Source: Candidatus Hydrothermarchaeales archaeon (GTDB lineage Archaea; Hydrothermarchaeota; Hydrothermarchaeia; Hydrothermarchaeales; SZUA-236). Taken from it: DNA of 23,336 bases. How positions within the stretch are numbered: position 1 is the first letter of the stretch; each line of letters starts with the position of its first letter. Positions 16,249-23,336 of this stretch are shown here, piece by piece. The stretch covers positions 1 through 23,336 of the forward strand of contig JBHIFP010000023.1 of NCBI GenBank assembly GCA_046761145.1, in the 5' to 3' direction. Under the pieces are notes generated by a model. It was not told the DNA's origin. It ran no database searches and worked only from the letters and a program-made list of their open reading frames with translations. The translations under genes and the position numbers were made by a program.

Positions 16249-16785
16249 ATGAGCATAAAAGAGATCAGCAAAAGTTTGAGGGAGAACAAGTCTGGATTCC
16301 TTGTAACCTTCCTCGCTTTGCTGTTATTCTGGCTCTTTGTGTCATCGACCTTCGATATCCAACACATCATGCTTGGCGCCTTCTGCGCCCTCCTTGTCGC
16401 CGTCTTCTCCCACGAAATGCTCATTCGGAAAGGCGAGAGGGCCTTGCCTAAACCCAAAGTGATTATCCTGTATCTATTTTATATCGGATATCTGATAACC
16501 GAGATAATAAAGTCCAATATACAGGTTGCACGTATAGTCCTCGACCCAAAGATGCCCATATCTCCGGGGATAGTGAAATTCAAGACGGGCCTCAAGAAAG
16601 ACCTCATAAAAGTCACTTTGGCAAACTCGATTACACTGACCCCTGGTACTTTTACTATAGATATCATCGGCGATACATATTACGTCCACGCGATAACGAC
16701 CCATCGGCCCGAAGAATACGCCAGAGGCATTGAGGAGTGGCCCATGTTGAGGAGGTTGAGGGAGATAGAGAATGTTAGCGGGTGA
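16249..16785 (+). CDS. mrpE: Mrp/Mnh-type cation:proton antiporter subunit E (MbhA-like)
   Basis: 178 aa. 'NSITLTPGT' motif. First gene of a translationally coupled cluster. Confidence 0.75.
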   Translation: MSIKEISKSLRENKSGFLVTFLALLLFWLFVSSTFDIQHIMLGAFCALLVAVFSHEMLIRKGERALPKPKVIILYLFYIGYLITEIIKSNIQVARIVLDPKMPISPGIVKFKTGLKKDLIKVTLANSITLTPGTFTIDIIGDTYYVHAITTHRPEEYARGIEEWPMLRRLREIENVSG

Positions 16786-17063
16786 GCAAAACGATCGAGC
16801 CAAATATCTTCATTTATATGGGTGTGATATTGGGGTTCACGAGCTTCTTATGTCTCTACAGAGGGGTTAAAGGGCCATCTGCACCGGATAGGGTAATCGC
16901 GATAAATGTGATAGGGACAAAGACCATGGTAATTTTGGTTTTGTTTGCTTACATCTATGAGCATCCTTTATACATCGACGTGGCCATCGTCTATGCCCTG
17001 ATCAACTTCTTAGCCACCCTAACGATTTCGAAATATTTGGAGAAGGGGGAGTTGGGCGAATGA
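16782..17063 (+). CDS. mrpF: Mrp/Mnh antiporter subunit F (MbhB-like)
   Basis: 93 aa. 'KGPSAPDRVIAINVIG' (the GPx..DR..A.D signature). ATGA overlap with mrpE. Confidence 0.8.
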   Translation: MSKTIEPNIFIYMGVILGFTSFLCLYRGVKGPSAPDRVIAINVIGTKTMVILVLFAYIYEHPLYIDVAIVYALINFLATLTISKYLEKGELGE

Positions 17064-17419
17064 TCGATACGATAGTAATGCTATTCTTTATCATAGGACT
17101 GTTCTTCTTCATCGTTGGAACGATCGGATTGTTGAGGCTGCCCGATGTCTATACGAGGATGCACGCCACGACAAAGTGCGACACCTTGGGAGCGATGACG
17201 ATATTGACAGGACTTGCCGTATATTCTGTTGTATTGGGCGCGCCAGGAAGTTTGTTCATTTCGGGAAAAATGATTTTGATAGCAACCTTTATCTTTGTCG
17301 CCAATCCCACTTCGGCACATGCCATAGCCAAGGCCGCATACCTTAGCGGTGTTAAGTTATGGGAAGGAAGTGTATTTGATATGTACGGGAAAGATGCAAA
17401 AAAAACGTATGCGAGGTGA
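17060..17419 (+). CDS. mrpG: Mrp/Mnh antiporter subunit G (MbhC-like)
   Basis: 119 aa. 'GLLRLPDVYTRMHATTKCDTLG' signature. Overlapping start. Confidence 0.8.
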   Translation: MIDTIVMLFFIIGLFFFIVGTIGLLRLPDVYTRMHATTKCDTLGAMTILTGLAVYSVVLGAPGSLFISGKMILIATFIFVANPTSAHAIAKAAYLSGVKLWEGSVFDMYGKDAKKTYAR

Positions 17420-17670
17420 AAAGAATGATATGGCTCTTGGATCTGATCCTTCTTCTATTTTTGGTGGTATGTTCCCTAGAGGTGATCCGTACAAAGGATC
17501 TACTGAGCGCCGTTGTGATCTTCTCTGCATATAGCCTAGTCATGTCGATCATATGGCAGCAATTAGATGCCCCGGACATAGCCATAACCGAAGCAGCTGT
17601 CGGAGCCGGGATTACTACGATGTTGTTCATAGCGACCATAAGTAAGACGACGAGGTGGGAAGAAGAATGA
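17416..17670 (+). CDS. MnhB-N-terminal-like small membrane subunit (DUF4040; MbhD-like)
   Basis: 84 aa. 'AVVIFSAYSLVMSIIWQQLDAPDIAITEAAVGAGITT'. Confidence 0.65.
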   Translation: MKRMIWLLDLILLLFLVVCSLEVIRTKDLLSAVVIFSAYSLVMSIIWQQLDAPDIAITEAAVGAGITTMLFIATISKTTRWEEE

Positions 17671-17975
17671 GGTTAAAGGGGTCGTTGGCCAGACGGTTTT
17701 TGGCCCTTCTTTTTGTGATAATAATCGGATATGCCCTAGTGACGATCGTGACAGAGATGCCCCCCTTTGGGGATCCAAACAGTCCTGGATATACCCATGT
17801 GGTGCCGAGGTACATAACCGAGAATGTTGAGGAAACTGGAGCCTTGAACATCGTTGCGAGTATAATAGTCGATTATAGGGCCTATGACACCCTCGGTGAG
17901 ACGACAGTGCTCTATACCGCGGCCCTCGGCATCATCTCCGTTCTCGCTTTAGGAGGAGAGCACGAGGAGGAATGA
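17667..17975 (+). CDS. MnhB-related small membrane subunit (MbhE-like)
   Basis: Start placed at the ATGA overlap (MRLKGS). 'NIVASIIVDYRAYDTLGETTVLYTAALGI'. Confidence 0.6.
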   Translation: MRLKGSLARRFLALLFVIIIGYALVTIVTEMPPFGDPNSPGYTHVVPRYITENVEETGALNIVASIIVDYRAYDTLGETTVLYTAALGIISVLALGGEHEEE

Positions 17976-17976
17976 G

Positions 17977-18402
17977 ATGGAAGATGTAATCGTTAGGACC
18001 GTAACAAGGATGATGACCCCCCTCATACAGATGTTCGGTTTGTACATCATATTTCACGGCCATTTAACCCCTGGTGGCGGGTTTCAGGGCGGTGCGGTCA
18101 TAGGTGGCAGCATGATACTGATCGCCGTGGTCTTCGGCTTGAAAGAGGGCAATAGGAGGGCGCCCCATGATCTCTCTGTGATACTCGAAAGTTTCGCCTT
18201 GGGTTATGCTATCATAGGTTTATTAGGCATTCTTTTAGGAGGAAATTTCTTGGCAAATAAGATCGTTGGGATACCTGTTGGGACGCCCGGAGCTTTGTTG
18301 AGCGGAGGTATAATCCTCGGAATCAACATAGTAATCGGGTTCAAGGTCGCTAGTACTGGGAAAACTCTATTTTACACTATAGTGGAGGAACGGCCAGAAT
18401 GA
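17977..18402 (+). CDS. mrpB: Mrp/Mnh antiporter subunit B (MbhF-like)
   Basis: 141 aa. 'GHLTPGGGFQGG' MnhB signature. Confidence 0.75.
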   Translation: MEDVIVRTVTRMMTPLIQMFGLYIIFHGHLTPGGGFQGGAVIGGSMILIAVVFGLKEGNRRAPHDLSVILESFALGYAIIGLLGILLGGNFLANKIVGIPVGTPGALLSGGIILGINIVIGFKVASTGKTLFYTIVEERPE

Positions 18403-18779
18403 TGATACCCGCGGGTTTTTATCAGTACAATTACCTGATCTCTTCAACCCTATTTTTGATAGGTCTGTACACGATGATCACCAGGAAGAACCTGATAAAG
18501 AAGATCATAGGGCTGAATATCATGGACACCTCGATATTCCTATTCTTCATATCTATGGGGAGCGTCAAAGGAGGGAGGGCCCCGATCGTTATTCCTGGCG
18601 TCGAGAATGTGGTGTATGTGAATCCACTGCCCCAAGCCCTCATACTCACTGCCATCGTCGTTGCTGTCAGCGTCACCGCGTTTGCACTCGGCCTCACGAT
18701 AAAATTGTACGAGAAGTATGGTACGCTGAACGGAGATAAGATCAGAGAGATCAGGATAAGAGGACCTGGAGAGAGTTGA
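18399..18779 (+). CDS. mrpC: Mrp/Mnh antiporter subunit C (NuoK-like; MbhG-like)
   Basis: 126 aa. Three TM helices. NuoK-like 'TRKNLIKKIIGLNIMDTSIFLFFI'. Confidence 0.75.
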   Translation: MMIPAGFYQYNYLISSTLFLIGLYTMITRKNLIKKIIGLNIMDTSIFLFFISMGSVKGGRAPIVIPGVENVVYVNPLPQALILTAIVVAVSVTAFALGLTIKLYEKYGTLNGDKIREIRIRGPGES

Positions 18780-18780
18780 G

Positions 18781-20274
18781 ATGGGCATCTCCCAACATTT
18801 TCCTGTCTTGATAGTAGTAACACCGTTGATAGCTTCCTATATTGTCCCGATGTTTGCCAGATGGAGAAAGGAGTGGTGTGTGCCTACAACTATATCCGCT
18901 ACTCTCCTGTCTTTCTTTATGGCTATCTCGATGGCATTCACCGTGCAAAAGGCAGGCCCAATACACTACTATCTTGGAAACTGGGAACCTCCGTGGGGGA
19001 TAGAGGTTGCGGTAGATTATCTGGGCGCCTTCGTGGCATTGATGGTTACTGGCATTGGTCTACTTATAGTCATATTCTCAGTTAGATATGCCGAGGAGAT
19101 GATAGATGAGAGAAATATATATTTATATTATGCCTTGGTCTTACTCCTCTTGGCGGGTCTCACTGGGATGGTCGTCACGGGCGACATATTCAACCTATTC
19201 GTCTTCCTGGAGATCGCCTCTCTGTCTTCCTATGCATTGGTTCCGATTGCTGGCAAGAAGGGAACGGAAGGGCAGTTCGAATCGAGCTTCAGATACCTCT
19301 ACATGGGGGCAATGGCCTCGAGCTTTGTGCTACTCGGTATTGGTTTAACATATATGACCACCGGGACCTTGAATATGGCCGATCTTGCAGTAAGGATAAA
19401 AGAGGTTGCAATGCCCAATTATCCTAGGGTGTTATTGGCCGGTTTGGGTTTTTTGGTCGTCGGCTTCAGTCTGAAAACTGCACTATTCCCGTTGCACATA
19501 TGGGTGCCGGATGCATATACCCATGCGCCAGCGCCTGTAAACGCATTATGCTCAGGAATAACTTTAGAGGTCGGCGCTTATGTCCTTATAAGGCTCTTTT
19601 ATTCCATCTTCGGTATGCCCGTTGTAAATGGCACAGCGCTCGATGAGATACTGCCACTGCTTGCCGGTATAGCAATCATCTTCGGTTCTCTATTTGCGAT
19701 AGCCCAGAACGATGTCTTCCGCATGTTGGCGTACTCAACTATAAGCCAGATGGGCTATATAGTTCTTGGTGCAACATTATTCTCTCATAATGGTTTGATA
19801 GGGGGGATATACCATCTAATCAATCATTCGGTTATGAAGGGCACGATGTTCCTGGCGGTTGGTGCTGTGGTCTATAAGACGGGGATCAGGGATATACCCG
19901 AATTTGGTGGTCTGGGCAAGAAGATGCCCCTGACCATGGGCGCATTTTCAATATCCGCCCTCGGGATGGTCGGGATACCTCCCCTTGCGGGCTTTATGAG
20001 CAAATTTTTCCTGGTCCTCGGAAGTCTGCAATCAAATATGGCTTTCGTATTCGTCATACTTGCGAGTAGTTTGCTGAATGCGGTCTATTTCATGAGGGTG
20101 ATAAACCACATATATTTCGGAGTCCCCGAAGATTTGGTGATCAAGAGGGATGAAGCGCCTTTGAGCATGTTGATACCGACGGTTATCATGGGGCTTGGGG
20201 TTATAGCCCTGGGCCTATTTCCCGGTGCTCCACTCTCCTTGATAAAGCCCGCGGTCAAGTTGCTAGGGCTGTAG
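18781..20274 (+). CDS. mrpD: Mrp antiporter subunit D / NuoN-L-M family proton-translocating subunit (MbhH-like)
   Basis: 497 aa and ~14 TM helices. 'WVPDAYTHAPAPVNALCSG' and 'ISQMGYI' signatures. Confidence 0.85.
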   Translation: MGISQHFPVLIVVTPLIASYIVPMFARWRKEWCVPTTISATLLSFFMAISMAFTVQKAGPIHYYLGNWEPPWGIEVAVDYLGAFVALMVTGIGLLIVIFSVRYAEEMIDERNIYLYYALVLLLLAGLTGMVVTGDIFNLFVFLEIASLSSYALVPIAGKKGTEGQFESSFRYLYMGAMASSFVLLGIGLTYMTTGTLNMADLAVRIKEVAMPNYPRVLLAGLGFLVVGFSLKTALFPLHIWVPDAYTHAPAPVNALCSGITLEVGAYVLIRLFYSIFGMPVVNGTALDEILPLLAGIAIIFGSLFAIAQNDVFRMLAYSTISQMGYIVLGATLFSHNGLIGGIYHLINHSVMKGTMFLAVGAVVYKTGIRDIPEFGGLGKKMPLTMGAFSISALGMVGIPPLAGFMSKFFLVLGSLQSNMAFVFVILASSLLNAVYFMRVINHIYFGVPEDLVIKRDEAPLSMLIPTVIMGLGVIALGLFPGAPLSLIKPAVKLLGL

Positions 20275-20371
20275 CTAGGAAATATTTATTGTGAAAGATT
20301 AGAAACATTTATGTAGCACGCGTAAATAAAGAATACTTGCAATCTATCATGATAAATCATTTAGATGTGGT

Positions 20372-21862
20372 ATGATGGTTGGCGAGACTGCGACCTCCAT
20401 ATTGTTGGTTTTGGCGGTTTGGATACCGGCTATTTTGTCCGTGCCCATCTATCTAGCTGGGAGGTACTCCGAAGATCTGAGGAACTATCTCGCAGTAGGG
20501 AGTACTGTGGCTTCATTTTTGTTATCCTTGGCTATGATCCCCGCTGTGTTGGGCGGTACCGTTCTGGAATTTGTCCTGCTTCCTTCTACGGTCTCCCCCA
20601 TACCAATCGAGTATATGGCAGATCCCCTCGGCCTGCTCATGGCTATAATGTCCTCATTTGCTTGGATGCTTGCTACGATCTATTCCATCGCCTACATGGA
20701 GCCAGAACATGCGAAGGATAGATATTATGGGTTCTTGATCTTGACTTTCAGCTCGATGATGGGCGTCGTATTGGCGAAGAATCTATTTACATTGTATATA
20801 TGCTTTGAAATCCTCGCGATAGCGTCTTGGGTTCTCGTTATTCACGAAGAGACGGATGAGGCAATGGAGGCCGGGAAAAAGTATCTATTCATGGGCATCG
20901 GCGGCGGTCTCTTCCTCTTGTTCGCCGTGGTTATGACGTTCATAGAATCGAATGTACTGGATATAAGCAGGGTCGGTATCTTGCAATATAATGGCTGGAT
21001 AACACAGGCGATATTTTACAGTTACATAATCGGTTTTGGTACGAAGGCAGGGATGTTCCCCATGCATGTATGGTTGCCAGATGCGCATCCTATCGCGCCA
21101 TCCCCTTGTAGCGCACTACTTTCTGGGGTGATGATCAAGGCAGGTGCATATGGCATAATCAGGACGATCTACAACATATTTGGCGTTCCCCTCATATTCA
21201 GGATGAATGCCCATATCGTGATAGCGGGCTTCGCCGGCATGGCCATAATCCTGGGCTCGGCCGTCGCGATATCGCAGAAGTTGCTGAAGAGGATGTTGGC
21301 CTACTCATCTATAAGCCAGATGGGCTATATAATCCTGGGTTCTATGTTCCTCACTACAAGGGGTTTGGAGGGCGGCATTTTGCACCTATTCAACCACATC
21401 CTGATGAAGGATGCATTGTTCCTCGTCGCTGGAGCGCTCATCTTCAAGACCGGCAAAAAGAACATAGATGACTTTGCCGGGATTGGGAGGAAGATGCCCC
21501 TCTCAATGCTCGTCTTTACGGTAGCTGCCCTATCGATGATAGGTCTCCCGCCATTTGCCGGATTTATAAGCAAGTGGTATCTCCTCTTGGGCGCCTTGGA
21601 CGCTGGTACTATAGCACTTACATTTTATGTGGTCGTCCTCCTCGCGAGCAGCCTGATGAATGCGGTATATTACATGCCGATAATAATTAAGGCCTATTTT
21701 GGCGTGCATGAGGGCGAGCACGAGGAAGTAGAGACGGACGAAGCTCCTCTAGTCATGTTGATCCCCATGCTTATTCTGGCCCTCGGCGTCCTGTTATTTG
21801 GGATATTCCCGAACATACCCCTTGCCCTGATAAGGCCTGCCGCCAAGTTGATGGGGATGTAG
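20372..21862 (+). CDS. Second NuoL/M/N-family antiporter-like subunit (MrpA-core or MbxH'-like)
   Basis: 496 aa. 'WLPDAHPIAPSPCSALLSG' and 'ISQMGYI'. No MrpB-like C-terminal domain. Preceded by the only real intergenic gap (97 nt) in the cluster. Confidence 0.8.
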   Translation: MMVGETATSILLVLAVWIPAILSVPIYLAGRYSEDLRNYLAVGSTVASFLLSLAMIPAVLGGTVLEFVLLPSTVSPIPIEYMADPLGLLMAIMSSFAWMLATIYSIAYMEPEHAKDRYYGFLILTFSSMMGVVLAKNLFTLYICFEILAIASWVLVIHEETDEAMEAGKKYLFMGIGGGLFLLFAVVMTFIESNVLDISRVGILQYNGWITQAIFYSYIIGFGTKAGMFPMHVWLPDAHPIAPSPCSALLSGVMIKAGAYGIIRTIYNIFGVPLIFRMNAHIVIAGFAGMAIILGSAVAISQKLLKRMLAYSSISQMGYIILGSMFLTTRGLEGGILHLFNHILMKDALFLVAGALIFKTGKKNIDDFAGIGRKMPLSMLVFTVAALSMIGLPPFAGFISKWYLLLGALDAGTIALTFYVVVLLASSLMNAVYYMPIIIKAYFGVHEGEHEEVETDEAPLVMLIPMLILALGVLLFGIFPNIPLALIRPAAKLMGM

Positions 21863-23336
21863 GGGGCTTCTAATCTTCCAAAAAAAATAGATAAGAGGTA
21901 TATGTTTAGCTACTCTCATAAATTACTTTTCCCAAGGTTTTTAAGGGCACCGACTTCAGCCTCCTTTTCATGGCAACAAGCTTAGATCATGCAACCACTC
22001 CACCATGCCTCAACTGCAATATCTTCAAGCTTCTTCAAGACTATGCCAGGAGAATAGAGGAGGTGGAGAAAACCAATTCTGAGCTGGCTAGTAGGATTTC
22101 AGAGCTTGAAGCCAAGCTGGCAAAATACGAGAGCCCGCACACACCTTCATCGGCACAGAGATTCAAAAAGGAGCCGAAAGGTCAAACTCCGAAAAAGCGT
22201 GGGGCGCCAAAGGGACACAGGGGGGCAACCCGGAAGATCCCAATACCAGACGAAACCATTCCAGTCCCAACAGCACGCTGCCCAAGATGCGGACAAGACC
22301 CTGGAGACCCCGTAGACACAGAGGAGAAGATCGTCGAAGAACTTGAATCAGCCCCGAAGATCAAGGTCACAAAGTATATCCTAGACAAGCACGTTTGCCG
22401 GCACTGCGGCCACCCGTTCACCGCCAGACACAGTGCCTGTCCTACAAAGGGGAACTTCGGCGTTCACCTGCTCGTATACGCCACGATGCTCAAGTATCAT
22501 CTGAGAGGGCCCCTCAGAAAGGTGCAGGATTTCATGGGCCATTACAACGACTTCGAGATCAGTACGAAGGGCGTTATGGACATGCTCCTGAGAGTCGGGG
22601 ATGCCTGCAAGAGCGAGTACGATAGGATCCAGGAGAAGGTGAGGGCCGCCAATTGGAGGTATATCGACGAGACAGGGATCAAGATCAACGGCGAGCAATG
22701 GTGGCTCTGGATCTTCAGGACTGATAAGGACGATGTCCTCACCGTCATTAGAAGATCCAGAGGGAAAAAGGTGGTGGACGAGATCCTTGGAGAGGACCAC
22801 GTCGGGCCGGATGTGGTAGATGGCTGGAGGGCATATTCTCATATCAACATAGTTCAAAGGGGCTGGGCGCACCTCCTAAGGGAGGTGGACGATCGCAAGG
22901 ATGTTTCCGACACCGGTAGACGGCTCTCCGAGGAGACACATTCCATGTTCGATGAGCTGAAGGCTTTCATCGGGAAAGACCCTCCGATGAGTGAGAGGAA
23001 ACGTGAAAAACAGGAGTTCGAAGAGAAGATGGAAGACCTGGTCGAGAGATATAGCAACTTCGAGGAGCTCAAGAAGCCGGTGGGCTATATACGCGGCGGT
23101 CTTGGTAAGTGGTTCACATGCCTACTTTATCCTGGTATGGAGCCCACCAACAACCTGGGCGAGCAGGCCATGCGAGAGCATGTGATCATGAGGAAGATAA
23201 TCGGGTGCTTCCGATCGGAGAACGGCTCCCAGAACTATCAGTACATCGCCTCTCTCTTTGCATCGTGGAAGCTGCAGGGCAAGAACATATTCGTAGAGCT
23301 AGAAAAGCTGCTAAGAAGAGAGCTCTGCCTAGCGTA
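21863..23336 (+). mobile_element. Partial IS66-family insertion sequence; left end not defined
   Basis: The transposase ORF above, plus a visibly higher GC and different codon usage than the flanking genes. No terminal inverted repeat could be recognised by eye in 21863..21969. Confidence 0.55.
21970..23336 (+). CDS. IS66-family transposase (TnpC-like), 3'-truncated by the window end
   Basis: Not in the ORF track because it has no stop within the window. Hand translation from ATG 21970 gives an open frame of ~455 codons to the end. It shows an N-terminal leucine zipper, a 'GAPKGHRG' motif, a Zn finger 'CPRCG...CRHCGH', 'IDETGIKINGEQWWLWIF', 'DGWRAYSH', 'QRGWAHLLRE' and 'NNLGEQAMRE'. These are classic IS66 motifs. 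Confidence 0.8.
   Translation, partial: MATSLDHATTPPCLNCNIFKLLQDYARRIEEVEKTNSELASRISELEAKLAKYESPHTPSSAQRFKKEPKGQTPKKRGAPKGHRGATRKIPIPDETIPVPTARCPRCGQDPGDPVDTEEKIVEELESAPKIKVTKYILDKHVCRHCGHPFTARHSACPTKGNFGVHLLVYATMLKYHLRGPLRKVQDFMGHYNDFEISTKGVMDMLLRVGDACKSEYDRIQEKVRAANWRYIDETGIKINGEQWWLWIFRTDKDDVLTVIRRSRGKKVVDEILGEDHVGPDVVDGWRAYSHINIVQRGWAHLLREVDDRKDVSDTGRRLSEETHSMFDELKAFIGKDPPMSERKREKQEFEEKMEDLVERYSNFEELKKPVGYIRGGLGKWFTCLLYPGMEPTNNLGEQAMREHVIMRKIIGCFRSENGSQNYQYIASLFASWKLQGKNIFVELEKLLRRELCLA

Noticed and set aside
22381-22872. 163-aa minus-strand ORF, plus others, within the transposase region
   Set aside because: It is antisense to the IS66 transposase frame, which carries the family motifs.
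1-23336. CRISPR arrays or other tandem repeats
   Set aside because: No regularly spaced direct repeats were seen. The only notable repeat is the 107-nt SPase tract, which is reported.

Overview
This 23.3-kb window is an archaeal chromosomal segment of moderate GC content. The archaeal assignment rests on genes for TFS, an RpoL/Rpo11-like RNA polymerase subunit, exosome Csl4, Dph2, MfnA and two Sec11-type signal peptidases.

Layout, from start to end:
1. A minus-strand two-component pair: a sensor histidine kinase with a ~450-aa extracytoplasmic domain, and a CheY-like receiver.
2. A 660-nt AT-rich intergenic region.
3. A stomatin/SPFH gene.
4. A plus-strand three-gene cytochrome operon: an octaheme cytochrome c (8 CxxCH), a small membrane-anchored dihaem cytochrome c (CxxCH plus CxxxxCH), and an FdnI/HydC-like cytochrome b. 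Together this looks like a Cbc-type quinol:cytochrome c electron-transfer module.
5. A tightly packed minus-strand string of conserved archaeal housekeeping genes: tfs, Nudix, SPase I, DUF99/UPF0215, an RNase III-like protein, rpoL with a C-terminal HhH extension, csl4, a COG2263-type NPPF methyltransferase, dph2, a second SPase I paralog, an unlisted small Zn-ribbon ORF and mfnA.
6. Three hypothetical membrane proteins.
7. A nine-gene translationally coupled Mrp/Mbh/Mbx-type membrane module (MrpE, F, G, a three-way split MnhB, C, D, plus a second MrpD/A-like protein) with no catalytic subunits in the window.
8. A partial IS66-family transposase with visibly higher GC that runs off the window end.

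No rRNA, tRNA or CRISPR array was recognised.

The most interesting signals:
- The multihaem cytochrome c/b operon sits next to a histidine kinase whose periplasmic domain carries a CX3CH motif and shares a 'WNIRD' motif with the octaheme cytochrome.
- A 107-nt perfectly identical tract lies inside two otherwise diverged signal-peptidase paralogs, which suggests gene conversion.
- rpoL carries an unusual HhH fusion.
- An RNase III-fold protein sits in the csl4/rpoL neighbourhood.
- The Mrp/Mbx-like module abuts an IS66 element.
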